From a virus (lineage: Duplodnaviria; Heunggongvirae; Uroviricota; Caudoviricetes), in IMG/VR virus record IMGVR_UViG_2579778635_000006: a stretch of DNA of 36,361 nucleotides; one strand, given 5' to 3'. How positions within the stretch are numbered: the stretch's first letter is position 1; every line of letters begins with the position of its first letter. Positions 1 to 9,492 of this stretch are shown here, in pieces. Under the pieces are notes generated by a model. The model did no database searches and was not told the origin of the DNA. It saw nothing but the letters and a program-made list of their open reading frames with translations. Both the position numbers and the translations under genes were made by a program.

Positions 1-1056
1 TTATGACGGGGTAATGCCAACCGCTGCCGCCACTTTGTCGCCACTTGGCAGCGTTGCCAGAGGATTGAAACGGAGCGCCGTTTCCAGATGATCCGGTGCC
101 AGATGTGCGTAACGCATAGTCATTTTTATATCGTGGTGTCCGAGAATTTTTTGTAAGGCCAGAATGTTTCCACCCGACATCATGAAGTGCGCCGCAAACG
201 TATGGCGCAGAACGTGTGTGAGTTGACCGCGAGGGAGCACGATAGACGTTTTTTCCATTACGGATAAAAATTGAAAATAGCAGTCTGTGAAGAAATTGAA
301 TCCATCAAGCGCCATGATCTCTTCATAAAGCTCTTTACTGATAGGGATGCTTCTGTTTTTCTTCCCCTTCGTTCTTACAAAGGTAATTCGGTATTTAGTC
401 ACCTGTGATCGGGTAAGGTTTATTGCTTCTCGCCAGCGTGCGCCTGTGCTTAAGCATATCTTGACTACCAGTGCCAGAATTGGGTCCTGACGTTTGCAAT
501 CAGCCAGCAGTTCAACAATCTGCTCATGGGTAAGCCATGCCATCTCTTTTTCTGCGATGGTGAATTTTCGCATGTTCTCCAGTGGGTTTGGATACGACCA
601 TTCGCCCAGGCGGGATAGTTCGCTAAAAACACTACTTAGATAGCTTTGCTCCAGGTTAATGGTGACCGGGCTGGCTCCTTTCTTCCATTTCTCGCTGAAG
701 TAGATCTCACCGGTCAGGCGTTTATCTCGATAGTGGGCAAACATTTTAGAGGTGAGATTGGTTGCAAGAGGATTGCCTAGAGCGTCAACCATCAGCAGCA
801 ATTTGTCATAGACATGCTGCCCAGCAGTCAGAGATTTACCATGTAATTTGAACCATAGCTCAACCACGTCTTTCAGGGTTCGACGATCCACTGATTCGCC
901 CAGCCAGGGCTTTGATTCGGTTTCTTCCATCGTGTGACGCTCAAAAGCCAGAGCTTCGCCTTTGGTGGCGAATTGTTTACGCACACGACGCCCACTTCGT
1001 CCGGCGGGGTAACATTCGCAAAGCCATTTCCCTGTGGTGAGTTTTCGTACTGCCAT
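1..1056 (-). CDS. int: Tyrosine integrase, P2/186 Int family
   Basis: 351-aa ORF. The C-terminal catalytic region (LSTGARWREA, HVLRHTFAAHF, ILGHHDIKMTMRYAHL) fits tyrosine-recombinase signatures. It sits next to the att repeat and the cI repressor, as in P2 and 186. Confidence 0.95.
   Translation of the reverse strand: MAVRKLTTGKWLCECYPAGRSGRRVRKQFATKGEALAFERHTMEETESKPWLGESVDRRTLKDVVELWFKLHGKSLTAGQHVYDKLLLMVDALGNPLATNLTSKMFAHYRDKRLTGEIYFSEKWKKGASPVTINLEQSYLSSVFSELSRLGEWSYPNPLENMRKFTIAEKEMAWLTHEQIVELLADCKRQDPILALVVKICLSTGARWREAINLTRSQVTKYRITFVRTKGKKNRSIPISKELYEEIMALDGFNFFTDCYFQFLSVMEKTSIVLPRGQLTHVLRHTFAAHFMMSGGNILALQKILGHHDIKMTMRYAHLAPDHLETALRFNPLATLPSGDKVAAAVGITPS
22..44. repeat. attL: Putative attL core (cgctgccgccactttgtcgccac), overlapping the 3' end of int
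   Basis: Matches 33507-33529 at 21 of 23 positions, both mismatches C/T. It lies at the outer edge of the int gene. Confidence 0.6.
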
Positions 1057-1062
1057 AAAAAA

Positions 1063-1080
1063 GCCCTCATATCAGAGGGC
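1063..1080 (-). terminator. Hairpin (gccctc-atatca-gagggc) with a T-run on the minus strand, abutting the int start codon
   Basis: Inverted repeat seen directly. On the minus strand the stem is followed by TTTTTT and then the int ATG. The 3' arm also contains the GAGGG that would act as the int ribosome-binding site. Confidence 0.5.
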
Positions 1081-1126
1081 TAAATTTAACTGTATATTTG
1101 ACCAGTAGTCAATGTATGGTTTTTAC

Positions 1127-3115
1127 TTAAAAAACATTCTTATCCCCGTGGAAAAAACGTGCAACGTTCAATAGCCAGTCGGGGGTTTTTATTTCATTTG
1201 AATTTGCTAGTATTTCTAAATATTTTTCGCAAAATTCATTTTTTTTTCCTGGTAATTCGAAATAATCCTCAATAGCTTTTTTTTCTGTAATGTTAAGATT
1301 CAAAGCGCCTCCCGATACTGAAGACTCCATTAACTGTGGGGTTTCCATAAAGGACAAACTAGTTTCTCCTTTAGTGTAAAGCATTTTCAGAGTTTCTACG
1401 TAGAAATCAGCATTAAGAGACTGCTCAATTTCTGTAGGTGGATAAACTCGATCATCAGTAACTTTAACAAGGCTTATATTAGATAAGTCTTTATCGAGCA
1501 AGAGTCTTCTTATTTTTATACTTGGTATTGTATCTGTAGCATCATATGGACTATATTTGTGATCTGTATCTAATAATAATAATACTTTTCCTGAGATTGT
1601 TGCTTTGCGATCCTCTAACGCCATAACGAGTAAATTATATATTTTTTTTACTGTAGGGGAGCCACCGACGGATAAAACTATTAGTTTCTCAATGTTTTCA
1701 TAATCCAAGTGAGCGGAAATATATTTTCTATCAGTTTTTCCTTCGCACAATATCCAGTTATAATTATTTCCAGATGTTATTGAATAAACAATTGATTGTG
1801 CTAAGTCGTGATTGCTTTTCATTTCTAAAACGTCAAGGTAAGAGCCATTTGACTCTTTTGCTAGTTCCTTTAATTCATCCTTGTAGTTTTCCAGATCGAG
1901 TGCTTTGATGTATGTTTGAGAGGGGGAAATATATATGGCTGTACCTGAGCCTGTAACAGGTAAAAAACCATACCAATGAGTTGTACAAATAGTCTGTATG
2001 CCTAGGTCGCTAATTTTTTTTATTTTATCAAATTGATTAAAACATGATGTGGCATGTAAGGATAATTCAGGTTCATCAACAGCAAGAATTGTTGAGTGCT
2101 GAGATTTTTGTGGATTATGTTTTAAGAAATTGGTAGCAAGATCTAGCAATGCTTTTCTTTTTTCTCCTGAGCTTAAATTTTGCACAGGGGTATCTTTATT
2201 AACATCATCAATATGATGTAATATTTTATCACTAAAATATGATTCAATTATTTTAGATATCATATGACGTTGAGTGAAACTATTTTGTCGCTGAGATGGT
2301 TTTTTAAATTGATATCGCCCCTCAAGCTTTGTAGTTAATTGTCTAATAAAATCATTTAAGTGCGAATTTATTGCTGTAATATCCTTTTTCTTAATGATTT
2401 TACTGATTTTTTGTTGGAGATTTTCACCTAATAAAGACTGTAATAAATCGCTTTCAATCCTTGAGTATTCGGATGTGGTTATTTCTGCAGGTAGGTAAAT
2501 ATAATTATAGATATCCTTAATTGTTATTAATAGCTTAGGTAGTATATTGTTAAAATGATATTTTTTATTATTCGTCGAACTATTTTCATTTGCGAGATCA
2601 TCAATTTGCAATCGATAATCATCTATAGATTCGAAAATTGACATGTAGGGGCGAGGAATATCATTTGCAGTTTCTTTTATTATCCCAAGGGGAATTAATA
2701 AATATTCATCTGAAGAATATTTGTATTCTAGTTGCTTCCTGTGTGATATAAATTTCTCAGCTATAGGACGTTGCAATGTATTAAAAACTTCACTTTCTAT
2801 TTGCCAAGTGATATCGCTTACGATTTCTAATGCTTTGTATAGGGAATTATTTATCTTTAGCTTGTTTTTATTTATTAAATAAATTGGCACAATGAATGGT
2901 TCTCGAGTATCGAAACCTTGACTGCGCGCTTCATTGTTGATATCAAGTCTATTGATATCAGTTTTATTTAGTACAATATCTAATGCTTGTAATATTGAGC
3001 TTTTCCCGACACCATTTTCACCAATGAGCCAAGAGGATTTATTGTTTAAAGTGAGAGGGATATAATGTTGATTTTTGAAATTCTTGAAATTTCGTAAAAT
3101 AACACCAATAATCAT
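1127..3115 (-). CDS. OLD-family ATP-dependent nuclease: N-terminal ABC-type ATPase fused to C-terminal TOPRIM (class-1 OLD or fused AriA-AriB/PARIS-like)
   Basis: 662-aa ORF. Walker A is GENGVGKSS near the N-terminus and Walker B-like is ILAVDEPELSLH. The C-terminal region has the TOPRIM signatures CEGKTD and LLLDTDHK. The gene is visibly AT-rich against the phage backbone and lies between cI and int. Confidence 0.8.
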   Translation of the reverse strand: MIIGVILRNFKNFKNQHYIPLTLNNKSSWLIGENGVGKSSILQALDIVLNKTDINRLDINNEARSQGFDTREPFIVPIYLINKNKLKINNSLYKALEIVSDITWQIESEVFNTLQRPIAEKFISHRKQLEYKYSSDEYLLIPLGIIKETANDIPRPYMSIFESIDDYRLQIDDLANENSSTNNKKYHFNNILPKLLITIKDIYNYIYLPAEITTSEYSRIESDLLQSLLGENLQQKISKIIKKKDITAINSHLNDFIRQLTTKLEGRYQFKKPSQRQNSFTQRHMISKIIESYFSDKILHHIDDVNKDTPVQNLSSGEKRKALLDLATNFLKHNPQKSQHSTILAVDEPELSLHATSCFNQFDKIKKISDLGIQTICTTHWYGFLPVTGSGTAIYISPSQTYIKALDLENYKDELKELAKESNGSYLDVLEMKSNHDLAQSIVYSITSGNNYNWILCEGKTDRKYISAHLDYENIEKLIVLSVGGSPTVKKIYNLLVMALEDRKATISGKVLLLLDTDHKYSPYDATDTIPSIKIRRLLLDKDLSNISLVKVTDDRVYPPTEIEQSLNADFYVETLKMLYTKGETSLSFMETPQLMESSVSGGALNLNITEKKAIEDYFELPGKKNEFCEKYLEILANSNEIKTPDWLLNVARFFHGDKNVF

Positions 3116-3135
3116 TTTTTGTCCTTTAAAATTAA

Positions 3136-3726
3136 TTATTTACAAGTCATAATTACTTTAGCGATGATATTAACATCACTGATATTGCACTCTATTTTTT
3201 TTGATTTTGACTCTAGCATTATGCGGTTATTAGGTAACCTCATTAATTCTCGAACAGAATATATACCGTCAATGGCAATCAACCATAACCCATCATCAAT
3301 CTCATCCACACCTCGTCTCACGACATAAGTTATATGCTCATGCTCAAGAGCTGAGATATCTTTTAGGTCATTTGGCAATAGTGATAAATCAAAAATTAAA
3401 TAGCCATTATCAATCAGTTTGCCATCGATAATTTTCTCTCTGGTCAGGCTTACAACATGCGATTTTGCATCCACATACATGGGGCCTTCAGCTGCGGATA
3501 GCCAACGAAGTGAAATACCTGTTTCTAACGCACATTGAATTATCCAATCAGCGGGGAATGTATCTCTCATATATCGATTAGCTAACGTGCTTTTAGAAAC
3601 ACCAAGATGTTCAGCCAAAGCCTGTCGTGTCGTAAAGCCATAAGCTTCGACTAATCGCTCAATCGCAGCCTTACCACCTTTATTGGGATTTATTTTGATC
3701 TCACTTGGGTACTTTGATGTTGACAT
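3136..3726 (-). CDS. cI: Immunity repressor, 186 CI family
   Basis: 196-aa ORF. N-terminal HTH region (AYGFTTRQALAEHLGVSKSTLANRY) and C-terminal domain resemble 186 CI (recalled from memory). It is divergent from apl/cII across the switch region. Confidence 0.9.
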   Translation of the reverse strand: MSTSKYPSEIKINPNKGGKAAIERLVEAYGFTTRQALAEHLGVSKSTLANRYMRDTFPADWIIQCALETGISLRWLSAAEGPMYVDAKSHVVSLTREKIIDGKLIDNGYLIFDLSLLPNDLKDISALEHEHITYVVRRGVDEIDDGLWLIAIDGIYSVRELMRLPNNRIMLESKSKKIECNISDVNIIAKVIMTCK

Positions 3727-3821
3727 ATCTCTTTTGCGATCCTAGTATCACTTTTGTCCCCATTTGGGTACTTGTCACGATTACTACAGGCTCACCACAA
3801 GCCAATAGGAGATGTTGCATC
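3727..3821. promoter_or_regulatory. Lysis-lysogeny switch region (pR/pL-type promoters and CI operators expected)
   Basis: Intergenic region between divergent cI and apl, by analogy with the 186 switch. Exact promoters and operators were not resolved by eye. Confidence 0.5.
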
Positions 3822-4043
3822 ATGACCCCTAACATTTCAATAACTCTGAATACGCCACATGTCACAATTGAGCGTTATAGCGAACTTACTGGTCTTTCAA
3901 TCGACACAATTAACGATATGCTGGCTGACGGTCGCATCCCTCGGCATCGCCTTCGGAAAGACAAGAAAAGAGAAAAGGTGATGATCAACCTTGCTGCTCT
4001 TACCGTTGATGCACTTACTGATTGCAATGTTGTATTCAACTAG
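3822..4043 (+). CDS. apl: Excisionase and transcriptional repressor, Apl/Cox-like
   Basis: ATG at 3822 preceded by AGGAG. The 73-aa product ([32 protein letters not shown]...) has an HTH-like N-terminus. It is the first gene of the rightward early operon next to cI. Confidence 0.85.
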   Translation: MTPNISITLNTPHVTIERYSELTGLSIDTINDMLADGRIPRHRLRKDKKREKVMINLAALTVDALTDCNVVFN

Positions 4044-4075
4044 TTCCATTTTGGGATACATCAGGGGTGTCGACC

Positions 4076-4585
4076 ATGTTTGATTACCAAGTTTCCAAAC
4101 ATCCACATTTTGATGAAGCCTGTCGTGCATTCGCACTGCGCCACAACCTGGTGCAACTGGCAGAACGTGCAGGCATGAATGTGCAGATTCTGCGGAACAA
4201 GCTGAACCCAGCTCAACCTCATTTATTAACCGCACCAGATATCTGGCTACTTACCGATCTGACTGAAGATTCAACGCTGGTAGACGGTTTTCTGGCACAG
4301 ATTCATTGTCTGCCATGTGTACCGATTAATGAGGTGGCAAAAGAGAAACTGCCACATTACGTCATGAGTGCAACCGCAGAGATCGGGCGTGTTGCTGCAG
4401 GTGCGGTATCTGGCGATGTAAAAACCAGTGCAGGTCGTCGTAATGCTATCAGCAGCATTAACTCTGTAACACGACTGATGGCGTTGGCTGCTGTTTCATT
4501 GCAGGCCCGTTTACAGGCTAACCCTGCGATGGCGAGTGCAGTTGATACCGTGGCTGGCCTCGGTGCTTCATTCGGTTTGCTGTGA
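4076..4585 (+). CDS. cII: CII-like lysogeny establishment activator (186 CII family)
   Basis: ATG at 4076. The product begins [24 protein letters not shown] and closely matches 186 CII as recalled. Position after apl is as in 186. Confidence 0.9.
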   Translation: MFDYQVSKHPHFDEACRAFALRHNLVQLAERAGMNVQILRNKLNPAQPHLLTAPDIWLLTDLTEDSTLVDGFLAQIHCLPCVPINEVAKEKLPHYVMSATAEIGRVAAGAVSGDVKTSAGRRNAISSINSVTRLMALAAVSLQARLQANPAMASAVDTVAGLGASFGLL

Positions 4586-4592
4586 GGTACTT

Positions 4593-4889
4593 ATGCTGAC
4601 GAAAGAACCATCATTTGCATCGCTGCTGGTAAAGCAAAGCCCGGCAATGCACTACGGTCACGGCTGGATCATGGGTGAGGATGGAAAACGCTGGCATCCA
4701 TGTCATTCACAAGATGAATTGCTGTCTGAATTGACCACGAGGAAACGGAGAAAGTCAAAATGTATGCAGCGGAAAGTGAAGTGGTTTATCAGTTTCGTTA
4801 CAGAGGGGAGAGTTATTCAGTACCTGAAGATGATTTGCTCTGTTGTTATCCGTCGTTGTCGGGCGATGGCAGTTACTTTTTCACGCTAA
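4593..4889 (+). CDS. Small early protein (186 fil-like position), hypothetical
   Basis: ATG at 4593 with GAGGT upstream. ORF is open to 4889. It overlaps the next ORF by about 130 nt in another frame, so its true extent is uncertain. Confidence 0.5.
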   Translation: MLTKEPSFASLLVKQSPAMHYGHGWIMGEDGKRWHPCHSQDELLSELTTRKRRKSKCMQRKVKWFISFVTEGRVIQYLKMICSVVIRRCRAMAVTFSR

Positions 4890-4984
4890 AAGATGGGACG
4901 TTTTTACGGGGAGAGCAGGTTAAAGAGACGATACGAAAAAATGTATCTCCTCTTGAACGTTACCGTAATAACAAACAACGATAG
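4760..4984 (+). CDS. Small early protein (186 dhr-like position), hypothetical
   Basis: ATG at 4760 with GGAG 9 nt upstream. 74-aa ORF in the early operon. Confidence 0.45.
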   Translation: MYAAESEVVYQFRYRGESYSVPEDDLLCCYPSLSGDGSYFFTLKDGTFLRGEQVKETIRKNVSPLERYRNNKQR

Positions 4985-5006
4985 TTGCGTTTTGGGGATA
5001 TGAATT

Positions 5007-5348
5007 ATGGCAATTAATGGCGCTGCGGCGACTGTTCCATTAAGCCCCGGTGAACGCCTGAATGGACTTAATCACATTGCGGAGCTAAGGGCGAAAGTTT
5101 TTGGCCTGAATATTGAGTCAGAGCTTGAGCGGTTTATTAAAGATATGCGTGATCCACGGGATATCAATAACGAACAAAATAAACGGGCACTGGCTGCTAT
5201 ATTCTTTATGGCAAAAATTCCAGCTGAACGTCATAGCATCAGCATTAATGAGCTGACCACTGACGAAAAGCGGGAGTTGATTAAAGCAATGAATCATTTT
5301 CGTGCAGTGGTGAGCTTATTTCCCAGACGGCTAACCATGCCGAATTAA
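5007..5348 (+). CDS. Hypothetical early protein
   Basis: 113-aa ORF co-oriented with the early operon. No recognisable motif. Confidence 0.6.
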   Translation: MAINGAAATVPLSPGERLNGLNHIAELRAKVFGLNIESELERFIKDMRDPRDINNEQNKRALAAIFFMAKIPAERHSISINELTTDEKRELIKAMNHFRAVVSLFPRRLTMPN

Positions 5349-5415
5349 CCAACTAATGAAATTAATGGCGTAAACCCGCCGGGTATCCCTTTATCTAAAT
5401 TCAGGAGAATTGATT

Positions 5416-5649
5416 ATGCGTAATATTGAAACCCTCACGACTAAAACCGGACCGGATGATGCAGGGCTTAATATTTTACTGACAGAGGCTCGTCTGGAAG
5501 AACGCCGGGCAAGGGCTGAAGCAATGGCAGCTCGCCTTGATAGCCTGGCGTGTCATATCACATCCCGCCAGCTAAACCATGTCGAAGCAGCAGAACTGCT
5601 GCGTGTGACCGCTGAAGCAATCCAGAACGAAGCGCAGGAGATCCACTGA
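5416..5649 (+). CDS. Hypothetical early protein
   Basis: ATG at 5416 with AGGAG upstream. Its stop overlaps the next gene start (ATGA). Confidence 0.6.
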   Translation: MRNIETLTTKTGPDDAGLNILLTEARLEERRARAEAMAARLDSLACHITSRQLNHVEAAELLRVTAEAIQNEAQEIH

Positions 5650-5876
5650 TGGCTGATGCAATGGATCTCGTACAGCAGCGAGTTGAAGAAGAACGCCAGC
5701 GTCATATCCGTGCTGCCCGTGCCAAAACGCCGGGCGTGTCCCGCGTGCTTTGCGTTGAGTGTGAAGCGCCAATTCCGCCAGCACGCCGCCGTGCCATTCC
5801 GGGTGTGCAACTTTGCATTACCTGTCAGGAAATCGCAGAGCTGAAAGGCAAACATTACAACGGAGGTGCTGTATGA
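5649..5876 (+). CDS. TraR/DksA-family C4 zinc-finger protein (P2 orf82-like)
   Basis: 75-aa product with CxxC...CxxC (CVECEAP...CITCQE). Translationally coupled to its neighbours. Confidence 0.75.
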   Translation: MADAMDLVQQRVEEERQRHIRAARAKTPGVSRVLCVECEAPIPPARRRAIPGVQLCITCQEIAELKGKHYNGGAV

Positions 5877-6730
5877 GCACCATCCTGAAATGGGCGGGAA
5901 ATAAAACCGCCATTATGTCCGAACTGAAAAAACATCTTCCTGCTGGTCCGCGACTGGTTGAACCTTTCGCGGGTTCCTGTGCAGTGATGATGGAGACGGA
6001 TTACCCCAGCTATCTTGTTGCGGATATTAATCCTGATTTAATCAACCTCTATAAAAAGGTTGCTGCTGATTGTGAGGCGTTTATATCTCGTGCCAGAGCT
6101 TTATTTGAGGAAGCAAACAGAGAGGTGGCTTATTACAACATAAGGCAGGAGTTTAATTACTCCACTGAAATTACTGATTTCATGAAAGCGGTATATTTTC
6201 TGTATCTCAATCGTCATGGTTACCGTGGGTTATGTCGTTATAACAAGAGCGAGCATTTCAACATTCCATACGGTAATTATAAAAATCCGTATTTCCCTGA
6301 AAAAGAAATTCGCGCATTTGCAGAGAAAGCCCAGCGAGCAACGTTTATCTGCGCCAGCTTTGATGAAACGCTGGCGATGCTGCAGGTGGGGGATGTGGTG
6401 TATTGCGATCCGCCTTATGACGGTACGTTTTCCGGCTATCACACTGATGGTTTCACTGAAGATGACCAGTATCACCTGGCATCTGTTCTTGAATATCGAT
6501 CATCAGAAGGTCATCCAGTCATTGTTTCTAACAGTGACACATCCCTGATCCGTTCGCTGTATCGAAATTTCACTCACCACTACATCAAGGCAAAACGCAG
6601 CATCGGCGTGTCGGCTGGCGAGAGTAAATCTGCAACAGAAATCATTGCTGTTTCCGGGGCGCGCTGCTGGGTGGGATTTGATCCTTCGTGTGGCGTGGAT
6701 AGTTCTGCTGTGTACGAGGTGCGTGTATGA
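5873..6730 (+). CDS. dam: DNA adenine methyltransferase (Dam-like, GATC-type N6-adenine MTase)
   Basis: Product begins [11 protein letters not shown] and contains the catalytic DPPY motif (VYCDPPYDG). ATG at 5873 overlaps the upstream stop. Confidence 0.9.
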   Translation: MSTILKWAGNKTAIMSELKKHLPAGPRLVEPFAGSCAVMMETDYPSYLVADINPDLINLYKKVAADCEAFISRARALFEEANREVAYYNIRQEFNYSTEITDFMKAVYFLYLNRHGYRGLCRYNKSEHFNIPYGNYKNPYFPEKEIRAFAEKAQRATFICASFDETLAMLQVGDVVYCDPPYDGTFSGYHTDGFTEDDQYHLASVLEYRSSEGHPVIVSNSDTSLIRSLYRNFTHHYIKAKRSIGVSAGESKSATEIIAVSGARCWVGFDPSCGVDSSAVYEVRV

Positions 6731-9141
6731 GTCATGACGATATGAGCAACTCTAGCGGCTTTAACGAGGCCGCTGTAGCATTTTCATGGAACGGCCCGAA
6801 AAAGGCCATTAACCCTTATCTGGACCCGGCGGAAGTTGCGCTGGAGTCTGCACTTTCAAACCTGATCACTCTGTACGCTGCCGATAATGAGCAGGAACAG
6901 CTGCGCCGCGATGCACTGAGTGAGCAGGTCTGGGAGCGTTATTTCTTTAATGAATCCCGTGATCCTGTCCAGCGTGAAATGGAGCAGGATAAGCTCATTA
7001 GTCGGGCAAAGCTGGCGCATGAACAGCAGCGTTTTTACCCGGACATGGTCATTCTGGCGGACGTCAGCGCCCAGCCTTCCCACATCAGCAAGCCGCTGAT
7101 GCAACGTATCGAATATTTCAGCAGCCTGGGCAGGCCAAAGGCTTATTCTCGCTATCTGCGTGAGACGATTAAGCCATGTCTGGAACGACTGGAGCATGTA
7201 CGCGACAGTCAGCTATCCACTTCTTTTCGCTTTATGGCAAGCCATGAAGGGCTGGACGGCCTGCTGATCCTGCCTGAAATGAGTCAGGATCAGGTGAAAC
7301 GCCTGTCTACCCTTGTCGCTGCGCATATGAGCATGTGTCTTGATGCCGCTTGTGGTGATTTGTACGCCACCGATGATGTTAAGCCAGAAGAAATCCGCAA
7401 GACATGGGAAAGGGTGGCAGCGGAAACCCTACGTTTGGATGTCATCCCGCCTGCGTTTGAGCAACTCCGTCGGAAAAGAAACCGCCGTAAACCAGTGCCC
7501 TATGAACTCATTCCGGGCTCGCTGGCGCGTATGCTGTGCGCCGACTGGTGGTATCGGAAATTGTGGAAGATGCGTTGCGAATGGCGGGAAGAGCAGTTGC
7601 GTGCTGTCTGCCTGGTCAGCAAAAAAGCATCTCCCTATGTCAGCTATGAAGCTGTGATGCATAAACGTGAGCAGCGCCGTAAGTCGCTGGAGTTTTTCCG
7701 TTCTCATGAACTGGTGAACGAAGACGGAGACGCGCTGGATATGGAAGATGTGGTAAACGCCAGCTGCAGCAACCCGGCGCATCGCCGCAATGAGATGATG
7801 GCCTGTGTTAAAGGTCTGGAGCTTATCGCGGAAATGCGCGGTGACTGCGCCGTTTTCTACACCATTACCTGTCCGTCATGTTTCCATTCCACGCTAAATA
7901 ACGGCAGACCCAACCCGACCTGGAAAAACGCGACGGTAAGACAAAGCAGCGATTATCTGGTCGGTATGTTTGCTGCATTTCGTAAGGCGATGCACAAAGC
8001 CGGGTTGCGCTGGTATGGCGTGCGGGTGGCTGAGCCGCATCACGACGGCACAGTTCACTGGCACCTGTTGTGTTTCATGCGCAAAAAAGACCGCCGCGCC
8101 ATTACTGCATTGTTGCGTAAGTTTGCTATCCGTGAAGACCGCGAGGAGCTGGGCAATAACACGGGGCCGCGCTTTAAGTCTGAGCTGATTAACCCGCGCA
8201 AAGGAACGCCGACAAGCTACATAGCGAAATACATCAGTAAGAACATTGACGGGCGTGGTCTGGCTGGCGAGATCAGCAAGGAAACGGGTAAATCTCTTCG
8301 TGATAACGCTGAATACGTGAATGCCTGGGCGTCTTTGCATCGTGTTCAGCAATTCCGCTTCTTTGGTATTCCGGGGCGTCAGGCTTACCGTGAACTGCGA
8401 TTGCTGGCTGGTCAGGCGGCAAGGCAGCAGGGTGACAAAAAAGCAGGTGTGCCGGTACTGGATAACCCGCGCCTTGATGCCATTCTGGCTGCTGCTGATG
8501 CTGGTTGTTTTGCCACCTATATCATGAAGCAGGGAGGTGTACTGGTTCCCCGTAAATATCACCTCATCAGAACTGCTTATGAAATTAACGAAGAGCCGAC
8601 CGCCTATGGCGATCACGGTATTCGTATTTATGGCATCTGGTCACCCATTGCAGAGGGCAAGATCTGCACTCATGCAGTGAAGTGGAAAATGGTTCGTAAG
8701 GCCGTTGACGTTCAGGAGGCGGCAGCCGACCAGGGCGCTTGCGCCCCTTGGACTCGTGGCAATAACTGTCCCCTTGCTGAAAATTTGAACCAACAAGGGA
8801 AAGACAAATCAGCTGATGGGGACTCCAGAACGGATATTACCCGTATGAATGACAAGGAGTTGCACGATTACCTGCACAGTATGAGCAAAAAAGAGCGCCG
8901 GGAACTGGCTGCAAGGTTACGCCAGGTGAAACCGAAACGGCGTAAAGACTACAAACAGCGAATTACAGACCATCAGCGACAGCAGCTCGTCTATGAACTG
9001 AAGTCCAGGGGATTTGATGGCAGCGAGAAAGAAGTCGATTTGCTCCTTCGCGGCGGCAGTATTCCGTCAGGAGCAGGCCTGCGTATCTTCTATCGGAACC
9101 AGCGTCTGAAGGAAGATGATAAGTGGCGGAACCTGTATTAA
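6727..9141 (+). CDS. A: Rolling-circle replication initiator, P2 gpA family
   Basis: 804-aa ORF with the HUH-type motif VHWHLLCF and a tyrosine-containing region (YIAKYISK). Position before the cos-proximal region is as in P2. Confidence 0.95.
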   Translation: MSHDDMSNSSGFNEAAVAFSWNGPKKAINPYLDPAEVALESALSNLITLYAADNEQEQLRRDALSEQVWERYFFNESRDPVQREMEQDKLISRAKLAHEQQRFYPDMVILADVSAQPSHISKPLMQRIEYFSSLGRPKAYSRYLRETIKPCLERLEHVRDSQLSTSFRFMASHEGLDGLLILPEMSQDQVKRLSTLVAAHMSMCLDAACGDLYATDDVKPEEIRKTWERVAAETLRLDVIPPAFEQLRRKRNRRKPVPYELIPGSLARMLCADWWYRKLWKMRCEWREEQLRAVCLVSKKASPYVSYEAVMHKREQRRKSLEFFRSHELVNEDGDALDMEDVVNASCSNPAHRRNEMMACVKGLELIAEMRGDCAVFYTITCPSCFHSTLNNGRPNPTWKNATVRQSSDYLVGMFAAFRKAMHKAGLRWYGVRVAEPHHDGTVHWHLLCFMRKKDRRAITALLRKFAIREDREELGNNTGPRFKSELINPRKGTPTSYIAKYISKNIDGRGLAGEISKETGKSLRDNAEYVNAWASLHRVQQFRFFGIPGRQAYRELRLLAGQAARQQGDKKAGVPVLDNPRLDAILAAADAGCFATYIMKQGGVLVPRKYHLIRTAYEINEEPTAYGDHGIRIYGIWSPIAEGKICTHAVKWKMVRKAVDVQEAAADQGACAPWTRGNNCPLAENLNQQGKDKSADGDSRTDITRMNDKELHDYLHSMSKKERRELAARLRQVKPKRRKDYKQRITDHQRQQLVYELKSRGFDGSEKEVDLLLRGGSIPSGAGLRIFYRNQRLKEDDKWRNLY

Positions 9142-9233
9142 TTACGCGGGTTAACAATTCGTGCTCTTAATAATACCAGGCATATCAGGCCGATGAACGT
9201 AAAAAAACGTTTTACATCAGTAAGATTATTATA

Positions 9234-9253
9234 TACTGTAAATATAAACAGTG
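9234..9253 (+). promoter_or_regulatory. LexA (SOS) box TACTGT-N8-ACAGTG overlapping the promoter of the tum-like operon
   Basis: CTGT at 9236-9239, an 8-nt AT-rich spacer, ACAG at 9248-9251: this fits the CTGT-N8-ACAG consensus. It lies about 40 nt upstream of the 9294 start, as for the 186 tum promoter. Confidence 0.7.
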
Positions 9254-9293
9254 GTTATGTGTACAGTATTGTTTTGGTGTCATAGGAGGAAAG

Positions 9294-9482
9294 ATGCAGG
9301 ACTATTTTTTGGAGTCTTTGAAGCTCCAGCGCATTGATTTTTTTCTTAAGCTTGTAGCGGCTAGTGAGTGTAGTGATGAAGAGAAGGGGCTGGCTCTGCA
9401 GTGGGTTTCTGAATTGACTGATGAACTCATGGCAAAAATCAGAAGCCACGAATACAACCGCTCAATGGATGTCATCAGCTGA
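9294..9482 (+). CDS. Small SOS-controlled protein at the position of the 186 Tum antirepressor N-terminal region (hypothetical)
   Basis: ATG at 9294 with AGGAGGA upstream. It directly follows the LexA box. 62 aa. Confidence 0.6.
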   Translation: MQDYFLESLKLQRIDFFLKLVAASECSDEEKGLALQWVSELTDELMAKIRSHEYNRSMDVIS

Positions 9483-9492
9483 GGTGACTTTT

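Noticed and set aside
3119-3328. 69-aa ORF on the plus strand
   Set aside because: Embedded antisense within the cI repressor gene.
7894-8616. 240-aa ORF on the minus strand
   Set aside because: Antisense to replication gene A.
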